Source: the human T2T-CHM13v2.0 reference genome, Homo sapiens
Strand: one strand, 5' to 3'
DNA: 64,000 nucleotides
Assembly: GCF_009914755.1 (NCBI RefSeq)
Contig: NC_060937.1
The translations under genes were made by a program, and so were the position numbers. The notes under the pieces were generated by a model. That model was not told the origin of the DNA and made no database searches. It saw nothing but the letters and a program-made list of their open reading frames with translations. Shown here in pieces: positions 33,401 through 49,990 of the stretch (position 1 is the stretch's first letter; every line of letters begins with the position of its first letter).

Positions 33401-36400
33401 TAACAAAACATTTATAATAAACTGTACATAAAATATCAAAGTACTCAAACTATATATCATATACTGTACATAAAATATCAAAGTACCCAAACTGTGTATT
33501 ATTACATACTTTATATAAAATATCAAAGTACCTGAAATATATATTGTATACTGTACATAAAATATCAAAGTACCCAAAATATATACTATATACTGTACAT
33601 AAAATATGAAGGTACATCAAATATATATTATATCCTGTACATAAAATATCAAAGTACACCTATTATATATTGTGTACTGTACATAATATATTAAATCGCC
33701 CAAATATATATCGTATACTGTATATAAAATATGAAGTTACTTCAAATATATATTGTATGCTGCACATAAAATATCAAAGTACCCAAAGAATGCATTACAT
33801 ACTGTACATAAAATATCAAGGTACACAAATTATATATTATATACTGTACATAAAATATGTAGGTTCATCAAATATATTTTATATTCTGTACATAATATAT
33901 TAAAGTACATCAAATATATATTATATACTGTACATAAAATATCAAAGTACCCAAAATATGTATTATATACTGTACATAAAACATGAAAGTAACCAAACAT
34001 TTATAATAAACTGTACATAAAATATCAAAGTACTCAATCTACATATTATATACAGTATATAAAATATCAAGGTACACAAACTGTATAATATATACTGCAC
34101 ATAATATATCAAAGTACCCAGAATATATAGCATACTGTACATAAAATATCAAAGTACCCAAAATATATTGTATACTGTACATAAAATATGAAGGTACATC
34201 AAAGATATATTATATTCTGTACATAAAATATCAAACTACACCAAATATGTATTGTATGCTGTACATAATATATTAAAGTTGCCCATATATACATTATATA
34301 CTGTACATAAAATATGAACGTACATCAAATATATAGTATATGCTGCACATAAAATATCAAAGTACCCAAAGTATGTATTATACACTGTACATAAAATATC
34401 AAAGTACCAAAAGTATATATTACATACTGTAAATAAAATATGAAGGTACCTCAAATATATATTATATTCTGTACATAAAATATCAAAGTACACCAAGTAT
34501 ATACTATATAATCTGCATAAAATATTAAATTACCCAAAATATGTATTGTATTGTGTACATAAAATATGAAAGTATCCAAACATTTATAATAAACTGTACA
34601 TAAAATATCAAAGTACTCAAACTGTATATTATATACTGTACATAAAGTATCAAAGTACCCAAACTGTGTAGTATATACTGTACATAAAATATCAAGGTAC
34701 CCAAAATATATATTGTAAACTGTAGATAAAATATCAAAGTACCCAAAATATATATTATATACTGTACATAAAATATGAAGGCACATCCAATATATATTAT
34801 ATTCTGTACATAAAATATCAAAGTACACCAAATGTATATAATATACTGTACATAAAATATCAAAGTACCCAAATTGTATATTATATACTGTACATAAAAT
34901 ATGAAGGTTCATCAAATATATTTTATATTCTGCACATCATATATCAAAGTACAGCAAATATATATTATATACTGTACATAAAATATCAAAGTACCCAAAA
35001 TATGTATTATATACTGTACATAAAATATGAAAGTAACCAAACATTTATAATACACTGTACATAAAGTATCAAAGTACTCAAACTACATATTATATACAGT
35101 ATATAAAATATCAAAGTACCCAAACTGTATATTATATACTGTACATAATATATCAAAGTACCCGAATATATAGCATACTCTACATAAAATATCAAAGTAC
35201 CCAAAGTTTGTATTATACACTGCACAGAAAATATGAAGGTACATCAAAGATATATTATATTCTGTACATAAAATATCAAAGTACACCAAATATATATTAT
35301 ATGCTGTACATAATATATTAAAGTCGACCAAATATATATTATATACTGTACATAAAATATGAAGGTACATCAAATATATATTATATGCTGCACATAAAAT
35401 ATCAAAGTACCCAAAGTATGTGTTATATACTGTACATAAAATATCAAAGTACCCAAAGTATATATTATATACTGTACATAAAATATAAAATACCCCAAAT
35501 ATATATTATATGCTCTACATAAAATATCAAAGTACACAAAATATGTATTATATACTGTACATAAAATACCAAAGGACCCAAAATATATATTATATACTGT
35601 ACATAAAATATCAAAATTCCCAAAATATATATTATATACTGTACATAAAATACCAAAGTACCCAAAGTATATATTATATACCGTACAAAAAATATCAAAG
35701 TAGCCAAAATATGTATTATACACTGTACATAATATATGAAAGTACCCAAACATTTATAATAAATTGTACATAAAATATCAATGTACTCCAACTATATATT
35801 ATGTGCGGTACATAAGATATCAAAGTACCCATACTATATAGTATATACTGTACTTAAAATATCAAAATACCCAAAATATATATTATATACGTTACATAAA
35901 CTATCAAATACACAAAGTATGTATTATATACTGTACATAAAATAGCAAAGTTCCCAAAATATGTATTATATACTGTACATAAAATATGAAAGTACCCAAC
36001 CATTTATAATAAACTCTACATAAAATACCAAAGTACCCAAACTGTGTATTATATACTGTCCATAAAATATCAAAGTACCCAAAATATATATTGTAAACTC
36101 TACATAAAATATCAAAGTAGCCAAAATACATATTGTATACTGTACATAAAATATAAAAGTACCACAAATATATATTATATACTGTACATAAAATATCAAA
36201 GTACCCATAATACATATTATATACTGTACATAAAATATCAAAGGACCCAAAATAAACATTATATACTGTACATAAAATATCCAAATACTCAAAATATATA
36301 TTACATACTGTACATAAAATATCAAAGTACCCAAATTATGTATTATATACTGTACGTAAAATATCAGAGTACCCAAAATATGCATTATATACTGTACATA

Positions 36401-38815
36401 AAATATGAAAGTAACAAAACATTTATAAAAAACTGTACATAAAATATCAAAGTACTCAAACTATATATCATATACTGTACATAAAATATCAAAGTACCCA
36501 AACTGTGTATTATTATATACTGTATATAAAATATCAAAGTACCTGAAATATATACTGTATACTGTACATAAAATATCAAAGTACCCAAAATATATACTAT
36601 ATACTGTACATAAAATATGAAGGTACATCAAATATATATTATATCCTGTACATAAAATATCAAAGTACACCTATTATATATTGTGTACTGTACATAATAT
36701 ATTAAATCGCCCAAATATATATTGTATACTGTATATAAAATATGAAGGTACTTCAAATATATATTATATGCTGCACATAAAATATCAAAGTACCCAAGGT
36801 ATGCATTACATACTGTACATAAAATATCAACGTACACATATTATCTATTATATAATGTACATAAAATATGAAGGTTCATCAAATATATATTATATTCTGT
36901 ACATAATATATCAATGTACATCAAATATATATTATATACTGTACATAAAATATCAAAGTACCAAAAATATGTATTATATACTGTACATAAAACATGAAAG
37001 TAACCAAACATTTATAATAAACTGTACATAAAATATCAAAGTACTCAATCTACATATTATATACAGTATATAAAATATCAAAGTACACAAACTGTATATT
37101 ATATACTGTACATAATATATCAAAGTACCCAGAATATATAGCATACTGTACATAGAATATCAAAGTACCCAAAATATATATTGTATACTGTACATAAAAT
37201 ATGAAGGTACATCAAAGATATATTATATTCTGTACATAAAATATGAAAGTACACCAAATATATATTATATGCTGTACATAATATATTAAAGTTGCCCATA
37301 TATACATTATATACTGTACATAAAATATGAACGTACATCAAATATATAGTATATGCTGCACATAAAATATCAAAGTACCCAAAGTATGTATTATACACTG
37401 TACATAAAATATCAAAGTACCAAAAGTATATATTACATACTGTAAATAAAATATGAAGGTACCTCAAATATATATTATATTCTGTACATAAAATATCAAA
37501 GTACACCAAGTATATACTATATACTCTGCATAAAATATTAAATTACCCGAAATATGTATTGCATTGTGTACATAAAATATGAAAGTAACCAAACATTTAT
37601 AATAAACTGTACATAAAATATCAAAGTACTCAAACTGTATATTATATACTCTACATAAAGTATCAAAGTACCCAAACTGTGTAGTATATACTGTACATAA
37701 AATATCAAGGTACCCAAAATATATATTGTAAACTGTAGATAAAATATCAAAGTACCCAAAATATATATTATATACTGTACATAAAATATGAAGGCACATC
37801 CAATATATATTATATTCTGTACATAAAATATCAAAGTACACCAAATGTATATTATATACTGTACATAAAATATCAAAGTACCCAAAGTGTATATTATATA
37901 CTGTACATAAAATATGAAGGTTCATCAAATATATTTTATATTCTGCACATAATATATCAAAGTACAGCAAATATATATTATATACTGTACATAAAATATC
38001 AAAGTACCCAAAATATGTATTATATACTGTACATAAAATATGAAAGTAAGCAAACATTTATAATAAACTGTACATAAAGTATCAAAGTACTCAAACTACA
38101 TATTATATACAGTATATAAAATATCAAAGTACCCAAACTGTATATTATATACTGTACATAATATATCAAAGTACCCGAATATATAGCATACTCTACATAA
38201 AATATCAAAGTACCCAAAGTTTGTATTATACACTGCACATAAAATATGAAGGTACAACAAAGATATATTATATTCTCTACATAAAATATCAAAGTACACC
38301 AAATATATATTATATGCTGTACATAATATATTAAAGTCGACCAAATATATATTATATACTGTACATAAAATATGAAGGTACATCAAATATATATTATATG
38401 CTGCACATAAAATATCAAAGTACCCAAAGTATGTGTTATATACTGTACATAAAATATCAAATTACCCAAAGTATATATTATATACTGTACATAAAATATA
38501 AAATACCCCAAATATATATTATATGCTCTACATAAAATATCAAAGAACACAAAATATGTATTATATACTGTACATAAAATACCAAAGGACCCAAAATATA
38601 TATTATATACTGTACATAAAATATCAAAATTCCCAAAATATATATTATATACTGTACATAAAATACCAAAGTACCCAAAGTATATGTTATATACCGTACA
38701 AAAAATATCAAAGTAGCCAAAATATTTATTATACACTGTACATAATATATGAAAGTACCCAAACATTTATAATAAACTGTACATAAAATATCAATGTACT
38801 CAAACTATATATTAT
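27428..38815 (+). repeat. Run of four consecutive A-type units (3012, 2352, 3011, 3013 bp) lacking the B cassette
   Basis: No TCATATTGCACC cassette seen between about 26.4 kb and 41.0 kb. The 2352-bp unit = 3013+10-671 (16-monomer deletion at about 31140). Confidence 0.82.
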
Positions 38816-41814
38816 GTGCGGTACATAAGATATCAAAGTACCCATACTATATAGTATATACTGTACTTAAAATATCAAAATACCCAAAATATATATTATA
38901 TACGTTACATAAACTATCAAATACACAAAGTATGTATTATATACTGTACATAAAATAGCAAAGTTCCCAAAATATGTATTATATACTGTACATAAAATAT
39001 GAAAGTACCCAACCATTTATAATAAAGTCTACATAAAATACCAAAGTACCCAAACTGTGTATTATATACTGTCCATAAAATATCAAAGGACCCAAAATAT
39101 ATATTGTAAACTCTACATAAAATATTAAAGTAGCCAAAATACATATTGTATACTGTACATAAAATATAAAAGTACCCCAAATATATATTATATACTGTAC
39201 ATAAAATATCAAAGTACCCATAATACATATTATATACTGTACATAAAATATCAAAGGACCCAAAATAAACATTATATACTGTACATAAAATATCCAAATA
39301 CTCAAAATATATATTACATACTGTACATAAAATATCAAAGTACCCAAATTATGTATTATGTACTGTACGTAAAATATCAGAGTACCCAAATATGCATTAT
39401 ATACTGTACATAAAAAATGAAAGTAACAAAACATTTATAATAAACTGTACATAAAATATCAAAGTACTCAAACTATATATCATATACTGTACATAAAATA
39501 TCAAAGTACCCAAACTGTGTATTATTATATACTGTATATAAAATATCAAAGTACCTGAAATATATACTGTATACTGTACATAAAATATCAAAGTACCCAA
39601 AATATATACTATATACTGTACATAAAATATGAAGGTACATCAAATATATATTATATCCTGTACATAAAATATCAAAGTACACCTATTATATATTGTGTAC
39701 TGTACATAATATATTAAATCGCCCAAATATATATTGTATACTGTATATAAAATATGAAGGTACTTCAAATATATATTATATGCTGCACATAAAATATCAA
39801 AGTACCCAAAGAATGCATTACATACTGTACATAAAATATCAAAATACACATGTTATCTATTATATAATGTACATAAAATATGAAGGTTCATCAAATATAT
39901 ATTATATTCTGTACATAATATATCAAAGTACATCAAATATATATTATATACTGTACATAAAATATCAAAGTACCAAAAATATGTATTATATACTGTACAT
40001 AAAACATGAAAGTAACCAAACATTTATAATAAACTGTACATAAAATATCAAAGTACTCAATCTACATATTATATACAGTATATAAAATATCAAAGTACAC
40101 AAACTGTATATTATATACTGTACATAATATATCAAAGTACCCAGAATATATAGCATACTGTACATACAATATCAAAGTACCCAGAATGTATATTGTATTC
40201 TGTACATAAAATATGAATGTACATCAAAGATATATTATATTCTGTACATAAAATATCAAAGTACACCAAATATATATTATATGCTGTACATAATATATTA
40301 AAGTTGCCCATGCATACATTTTATACTGTACATAAAATATGAAGGTACATCAAATATATAGTATATGCTGCACATAAAATATCAAAGTACCCAAAGTATG
40401 TATTATATACTGTACATAAAATATCAAAGTACCAAAAGTATATATTACCTACTGTAAATAAAATATGAAGATACCTCAAATATATATTATATTCTGTACA
40501 TGAAATATCAAAGTACACCAAGTATATACTATATAGTCTACATAAAATATTAAATTACCCAAAATATGTATTGTATTGTGTACATAAAATATGAAAGTAA
40601 CCAAACATTTATAATAAACTGTACATAAAATATCAAAGTACTCAAACTTTATATTATATACTGTACATAAAGTATCAAAGTACCCAAACTGTGTAGTATA
40701 TACTGTACATAAAATATCAAGGTACCCAAAATGTATATTGTAAACTGTAGATAAAATATCAAAGTACCCAAAATATATATTATATACTGTACATAAAATA
40801 TGAAGGCTCATCCAATATATATTATATTCTGTACATAAAATATCAAAGTACACCAAATGTATATTATATACTGTACATAAAATATAAAACTACCCCAAAT
40901 ATATCTTATATACTCTACATAAAATATCAAAGTACCCAAAATATATATTATATACTGTACATAAAATATCAAAGTACCCATAGTATGTATTATATCCTGT
41001 ACATAAAATATGAAGGTACATCAAATATATATTCTATTCTGCACATAAAATATCATATTGCACCAAATATATATTGTATACTGTATATAAAATATGAAGG
41101 TACTTCAAATATATATTATATGCTGCACATAAAATATCAAAGTACCCAAAGTATGCATTATATACTGTACATAAAATATCAAAGTACCCAAAGTGTATAT
41201 TATATACTGTACATAAAATATGAAGGTTCATCAAATATATTTTATATTCTGCACATAATATATCAAAGTACAGCAAATATATATTATATACTGTACATAA
41301 AATATCAAAGTACCCAAAATATGTATTATATACTGTACATAAAATATGAAAGTAACCAAACATTTATAATAAACTGTACATAAAATATCAAAGTACTCAA
41401 ACTACATATTATATACAGTATATAAAATGTCAAAGTACCCAAACTGTATATTATATACTGTACATAATATATCAAAGTACCCGAATATATAGCATACTGT
41501 ACATAAAATATCAAAGTACCCAAAATATATATTGTATACTGTACATAAAATATGAAGGTACATCAAAGATATATTGTATTCTGTACATAAAATATCAAAG
41601 TACACCAAATATATATTATATGCTGTACAGAATATATTAAAGTCGACCAAATATATATTATATACTGTACATAAAATATGAAGGTACATCAAATATATAT
41701 TATATGCTGCACATAAAATATCAAAGTACCCAAAGTATGTATTATATACTGTACATAAAATATCAAAGTACCCAAAGTATATATTATATACTGTACATAA
41801 AATATAAAATACCC

Positions 41815-42056
41815 CAAATATATATTATATCCTGTACATAAAATATCAAAGTACCCAAAATATATATTGTAAATTGTACATAAAATATCAAAGTAGCCAA
41901 AATATATATTGTATACTGTACATAAAATATGAAGGTACATCAAATATATATTATATCCTGTACATAAAATATCAAAGTACCCAAAATATATATTGTAAAT
42001 TGTACATAAAATATCAAAGTAGCCAAAATATATATTGTATACTGTACATAAAATAT
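41815..42056 (+). repeat. 126-bp-period (3-monomer) local duplication
   Basis: 41815-41930 and 41941-42056 read identically, including the private GTAAATTGTAC variant, and are separated by GAAGGTACAT. Confidence 0.85.
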
Positions 42057-45000
42057 AAAAGTACCCCAAATATGTATTATATACTGTACATAAAATATCA
42101 AAGTACCGATAATACATATTATATACTGTACATAAAATATCAAAGGACCCAAAATAAACATTATATACTGTACATAAAATATCCAAATACTCAAAATATA
42201 TATTACATACTGTACATAAAATATCAAAGTACCCAAATTATGTATTATATACTGTACGTAAAATATCAGAGTACCCAAAATATGCATTATATACTGTACA
42301 TAAAATATGAAAGTAACAAAACATTTATAATAAACTGTACATAAAATATCAAAGTACTCAAACTATATATCATATACTGTACATAAAATATCAAAGTACC
42401 CAAACTGTATATTATTATATACTGTATATAAAATATCAAAGTACCTGAAATATATATTGTATACTCTACATAAAATATCAAAGTACCCAAAATATATACT
42501 ATATACTGTACATAAAATATGAAGGTACATAAATATATATTATATCCTGTACATAAAATATCAAAGTACACCTATTATATATTGTGTACTCTACATAATA
42601 TATTAAGTCGCCCAAATATATATTGTATACTGTATATAAAATATGAAGGTACTTCAAATATATATTATATGCTGCACATAAAATATCAAAGTACCCAAGG
42701 TATGCATTACATACTGTACATAAAATATCAAAGTACACATATTATATATTATATAATATACATAAAATATGAAGGTTCATCAAATATATATTATATTCTG
42801 TACATAATATATCAAAGTACATCAAATATATATTATATACTGTACATAAAATATCAAAGTACCAAAAATATGTATTATATACTGTACATAAAACATGAAA
42901 GTAACCAAACATTTATAATATACTGTACATAAAATATCAAAGTACTCAGTCTACATATTACATACAGTATATAAAATATCAAAGTACACACACTGTATAT
43001 TATATACTGTACATAATATATCAAAGTACCCAGAATATATAACATACTGTACATAAAATATCAAAGTACCCGAAATATATATGGTATACTGTACATAAAA
43101 TATGAAGGTACATCAAAGATATATTATATTCTGTACATAAAATATCAAACTACACCAAATATATATTATATGCTGTACATAATATATTAAAGTTGCCCAA
43201 ATACACATTCTATACTGTACATAAAATATGAACGTACATCAAATATATAGTATATGCTGCACATAAAATATCAAAGTACCCAAAGTATGTATTATACACT
43301 GTACATAAAATATCAAAGTACCAAAAGTATATATTACATACTGTAAATAAAATATGAAGGTACCTCAAATATATATTATATTCTGTACATAAAATATCAA
43401 AGTACACCAAGTATATACTATATACTCTGCATAAAATATTAAATTACCCAAAATATGTATTGTATTGTGTACATAAAATATGAAAGTAACCAAACATTTA
43501 TAATAAACTGTACATAAAATATCAAAGTACTCAAACTGTATATTATATACTGTACATAAAGTATCAAAGTACCCAAACTGTGTAGTATATACTGTACATA
43601 AAATATCAAGGTAGCCAAAATATATATTGTAAACTGTAGATAAAATATCAAAGTACCCAAAATATATATTATATACTGTACATAAAATGTGAAGGCACAT
43701 CCAATATATATTATATTCTGTACATAAAATATCAAAGTACACCAAATGTATATTATATACTGTACATAAAATATCAAAGTACCCAAAGTGTATATTATAT
43801 ACTGTACATAAAATATGAAGGTTCATCAAATATGTTTTATATTCTGCACATAATATATCAAAGTACAGCAAATATATATTATATACTGTACATAAAATAT
43901 CAAAGTACCCAAAATATGTATTATATACTGTACATAAAATATGAAAGTAACCAAACATTTATAATAAACTGTACATAAAGTATCAAAGTACTCAAACTAC
44001 ATATTATATACAGTATATAAAATATCAAAGTACCCAAACTGTATATTATATACTGTACATAATATATCAAAGTACCCGAATATATAGCATACTCTACATA
44101 AAATATCAAAGTACCCAAAGTTTGTATTATACACTGCACATAAAATATGAAGGTACATCAAAGATATATTATATTCTGTACATAAAATATCAAAGTACAC
44201 CAAATATATATTATATGCTGTACATAATATATTAAAGTCGACCAAATATATATTATATACTGTACATAAAATATGAAGGTACATCAAATATATATTATAT
44301 GCTGCACATAAAATATCAAAGTACCCAAAGTATGTGTTATATACTGTACATAAAATATCAAAGTACCCAAAGTATATATTATATACTGTACATAAAATAT
44401 AAAATACCCCAAATATATATTATATGCTGTACATAAAATATCAAAGTACACAAAATATGTATTATATACTGTACATAAAATACCAAAGGACCCAAAATAT
44501 ATATTATATACTGTACATAAAATATCAAAATACCCAAAATATATATTATATACTGTACATAAAATACCAAAGTACCCAAAGTATATATTATATACCGTAC
44601 AAAAAATATCAAAGTAGCCAAAATATGTATTATACACTGTACATAATATATGAAAGTACCCAAACATTTATAATAAACTGTACATAAAATATCAATGTAC
44701 TCAAACTATATATTATGTGCGGTACATAAGATATCAAAGTACCCATACTATATAGTATATACTGTACTTAAAATATCAAAATACCCAAAATATATATTAT
44801 ATACGTTACATAAACTATCAAATACACAAAGTATGTATTATATACTGTACATAAAATAGCAAAGTTCCCAAAATATGTATTACATACTATACATAAAATA
44901 TGAAAGCACCCAACCATTTATAATAAACTCTACATAAAATACCAAAGTACCCAAACTGTGTATTATATACTGTCCATAAAATATCAAAGTACCCAAAATA

Positions 45001-46977
45001 TATATTGTAAACTCTACATAAAATATCAAAGTAGCCAAAATACATATTGTATACTATACATAAAATATAAAAGTACCCCAAATATATATTATATACTGTA
45101 CATAAAATATCAAAGTACCCATAATACATATTATATACTGTACATAAAATATCAAAGGACCCAAAATAAACATTATATACTGTACATAAAATATCCAAAT
45201 ACTCAAAATATATATTACATACTGTACATAAAATATCAAAGTACCCAAATTATGTATTATATACTGTACGTAAAATATCAGAGTACCCAAAATATGCGTT
45301 ATATACTGTACATAAAATATGAAAGTAACAAAACATTTATAATAAACTGTACATAAAATATCAAAGTACTCAAACTATATATCATATACTGTACATAAAA
45401 TATCAAAGTACCCAAACTGTGTATTACTACATACTGTATATAAAATATCAAAGTACCTGAAATATATATTTTATACTGTACATAAAATATCAAAGTACCC
45501 AAAATATATACTATATACTGTACATAAAATATGAAGGTACATCAAATATATATTATATCCTGTACATAAAATATCAAAGTACTCCTATTATATATTGTGT
45601 ACTGTACATAATATATTAAATCGCCCAAATATATATTGTATACTGTATATAAAATATGAAGGTACTTCAAATATATATTATATGCTGCACATAAAATATC
45701 AAAGTAAACCAAATGTATATTATATACTGTACATAAAATATAAAACTACCCCAAATATATCTTATATACTCTACATAAAATATCAAAGTACCCAAAATAT
45801 ATATTATATACTGTACATAATATATCAAAGTACCCATAGTATGTATTATATCCTGTACATAAAATATGAAAGTACGTCAAATATATATTCTATTCTGCAC
45901 ATAAAATATCATATTGCACCAAATATATATTGTATACTGTATATAAAATATGAAGGTACTTCAAATATATATTATATGCTGCACATAAAATATCAAAGTA
46001 CCCAAAGTATGCATTATATACTGTACATAAAATATCAAAGTACCCAAAGTGTATATTATATACTGTACATAAAATATGAAGGTTCATCAAATATATTTTA
46101 TATTCTGCACATAATATATCAAAGTACAGCAAATATATATTATATACTGTACATAAAATAACAAAGTAACAAAAATATGTATTATATACTGTACATAAAA
46201 TATGAAAGTAACCAAATATTTATAATAAACTGTATATAAAATATCAAAGTACTCAAACTACATATTATATACAGTATATAAAATATCAAAGTACCCAAAC
46301 TATATATTATATACTGTACATACTATATCAAAGTACCCGAATATAGAGCATACTGTACATAAAATATCAAATTACCCAAAATATATATTGTATACTGTAC
46401 ATAAAATATGAAGGTACATCAAAGATATATTATATTCTGTACATAAAATATCAAAGTACACCAAATATATATTATATGCTGTACAGAATATATTAAAGTC
46501 GACCAAATGTATATTATATACTGTACATAAAATATGAAGGTACATCAAATATATATTATATGCTGCACATAAAATATCAAAGAACCCAAAGTATGTATTA
46601 TATACTGTACATAAAATATCAAAGTACCCAAAGTATATATTATATACTGTACATAAAATATAAAATACCCCAAATATATATTATATGCTGTACATAAAAT
46701 ATCAAAGTACACAAAATATGCATTATGTACTGTACATAAATTATCAAAGGACCCAAAATATATATTATATAGTGTACATAAAATATCAAAATACCCAAAA
46801 TATATATTATATACTGTACATAAAATACCAAAGTACCCAAAGTATATATTATATACTGTATAAAAAATATCAAAGTAGCCAAAATATGTATTATACACTG
46901 TACATAATATATGAAAGTACCCAAACATTTATAATAAACTGTACATAAAATATCAATGTACTCAAACTATATATTAT

Positions 46978-49900
46978 GTGCGGTACTTAAGATATCAAAG
47001 TACCCATACTATATAGTATGTACTGTACTTAAAATATCAAAATACCCAAAATATATATTATATACGTTACATAAACTATCAAATACACAAAGTATGTATT
47101 ACATACTGTACATAAAATAGCAAAGTTCCCAAAATATGTATTATATACTGTACATAAAATATGAAAGTACCCAACCATTTATAATAAACTCTACATAAAA
47201 TACCAAAGTACCCAAACTGTGTATTATATACTCTCCATAAAATATCAAAGTACCCAAAATATATATTGTCAACTGTACATGAAATATCAAAGTAGCCAAA
47301 ATATATATAGTATACCGTACATAAAATATAAAAGTACCCCAAATATGTATTATATACTGTACATAAAATATCAAAGTACCGATAATACATATTATATACT
47401 GTACATAAAATATCAGAGGACCCAAAATAAACATTATATACTGTACATAAAATATCCAAATACTCACAATATATATTACATACTGTACATAAAATATCAA
47501 AGTACCCAAATTATGTATTATATACTGTACATAAAATATCAGAGTACCCAAAATATGCATTATATACTGTACATAAAATATGAAAGTAACAAAACATTTA
47601 TAATAAACTGTACATAAAATATCAAAGTACTCAAACTATATATCATATACTGTACATAAAATATCAAAGTACCCAAACTGTGTATTATTATATACTGTAT
47701 ATAAAATATCAAAGTACCTGAAATATATACTGTATACTGTACATAAAATATCAAAGTACCCAAAATATATACTATATACTGTACATAAAATATGAAGGTA
47801 CATCAAATATATATTATATCCTGTACATAAAATATCAAAGTACACCTATTATATATTGTGTACTGTACATAATATATTAAATCGCCCAAATATATATTGT
47901 ATACTGTATAAAAAATATGAAGGTACTTCAAATATATATTATATGCTGCACATAAAATATCAAAGTACCCAAAGTATGCATTACATACTGTACATAAAAT
48001 ATCAAAGTACACATATTATCTATTATATAATGTACATAAAATATGAAGGTTCATCAAATATATATTATATTCTGTACATAATATATCAAAGTACATCAAA
48101 TATATATTATATACTGTACATAAAATATCAAAGTACCAAAAATATGTATTATATACTGTACATAAAACATGAAAGTAACCAAACATTTATAATAAACTGT
48201 ACATAAAATATCAAAGTACTCAATCTACATATTATATACAGTATATAAAATATCAAAGTACACAAACTGTATATTATATACTGTACATAATATATCAAAG
48301 TACCCAGAATATATAGCATACTGTACTTAAAATATCAAAGTACCCAAAATATATATTGTATACTGTACATAAAATATGAAGGTACATCAAAGATATATTA
48401 TATTCTGTACATAAAATATCAAAGTACACCAAATATATATTATATGCTGTACATAATATATTAAAGTTGCCCATATATACATTATATACTGTACATAAAA
48501 TATGAACGTACATCAAATATATAGTATATGCTGCACATAAAATATCAAAGTACCCAAAGTATGTATTATACACTGTACATAAAATATCAAAGTACCAAAA
48601 GTATATATTACATACTGTAAATAAAATATGAAGGTACCTCAAATATATATTATATTCTGTACATAAAATATCAAAGTACACCAAGTATATACTATATACT
48701 CTGCATAAAATATTAAATTACCCAAAATATGTATTGCATTGTGTACATAAAATATGAAAGTAACCAAACATTTATAATAAACTGTACATAAAATATCAAA
48801 GTACTCAAACTGTATATTATATACTGTACATAAAGTATCAAAGTACCCAAACTGTGTAGTATATACTGTACATTAAATATCAAGGTACCCAAAATATATA
48901 TTGTAAACTGTAGATAAAATATCAAAGTACCCAAAATATATATTATATACTGTACATAAAATATGAAGGCACATCCAATATATACTATATTCTGTACATA
49001 AAATATCAAAGTACACCAAATGTATATTATATACTGTACAAAAAATATCAAAGTACCCAAAGTGTATATTATATACTGTACATAAAATATGAAGGTTCAT
49101 CAAATATATTTTATATTCTGCACATAATATATCAAAGTACAGCAAATATATATTATATACTGTACATAAAATATCAAAGTACCCAATATATGTATTATAT
49201 ACTGTACATAAAATATGAAAGTAACCAAACATTTATAATAAACTGTACATAAAGTATCAAAGTACTCAAACTACATATTATATACAGTATATAAAATGTC
49301 AAAGTACCCAAACTGTATATTATATACTGTACATAATATATCAAAGTACCCGAATATATAGCATACTGTACATAAAATATCAAGGTACCCAAAGTGTGTA
49401 TTATACACTGCACATAAAATATGAAGGTACATAAAATATATATTGTATTCTGTACATAAAATATCAAAGTACTCCAAATATATATTATATGCTGTACATA
49501 ATATATTAAAGTCGCCCAAATATATATTATATACTGTACATAAAATATGAAGGTACATCAAATATATATTATATGCTGCACATAAAATATCAAAGTACCC
49601 AAAGTATGTGTTATATACTGTACATAAAATATCAAAGTACGCAAAGTATATATTATATACTGTACATAAAATATAAAATACCCCAAATATATATTATATG
49701 CTGTACATAAAATATCAAAGTACACAAAATATGTATTATATACTGTACATAAAATACCAAAGGACCCAAAATATATATTATATACTGTACATAAAATATC
49801 AAAATACCCAAAATATATATTATATACTGTACATAAAATACCAAAGTACCCAAAGTATATATTATATACCGTACAAAAAATATCAAAGTAGCCAAAATAT

Positions 49901-49990
49901 GTATTATACACTGTACATAATATATGAAAGTACCCAAACATTTATAATAAACTGTACATAAAATATCAATGTACTCAAACTATATATTAT
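46978..49990 (+). repeat. Representative higher-order unit type A: 72 monomers, 3,013 bp
   Basis: GTGCGG marker spacings of 3013 (35803-38816, 46978-49991, 53308-56321), 3012 (27428-30440, 59638-62650) and 3011 (32792-35803). 72x42=3024 minus 11, accounted for by six 41-bp CATTTATAATAAA monomers (-6), a 39-mer (-3), a 40-mer (-2), three other 41-mers (-3) and one 45-mer with TATTATTATA (+3). Confidence 0.92.

Noticed and set aside
46978-49990. Regular 378-bp (9-mer) higher-order repeat as the building block (72 = 8x9)
   Set aside because: Diagnostic monomers are spaced 10/14/14/11/17/6, not every 9. I cannot see a 9-mer period by eye, although a weak one would need autocorrelation to exclude.
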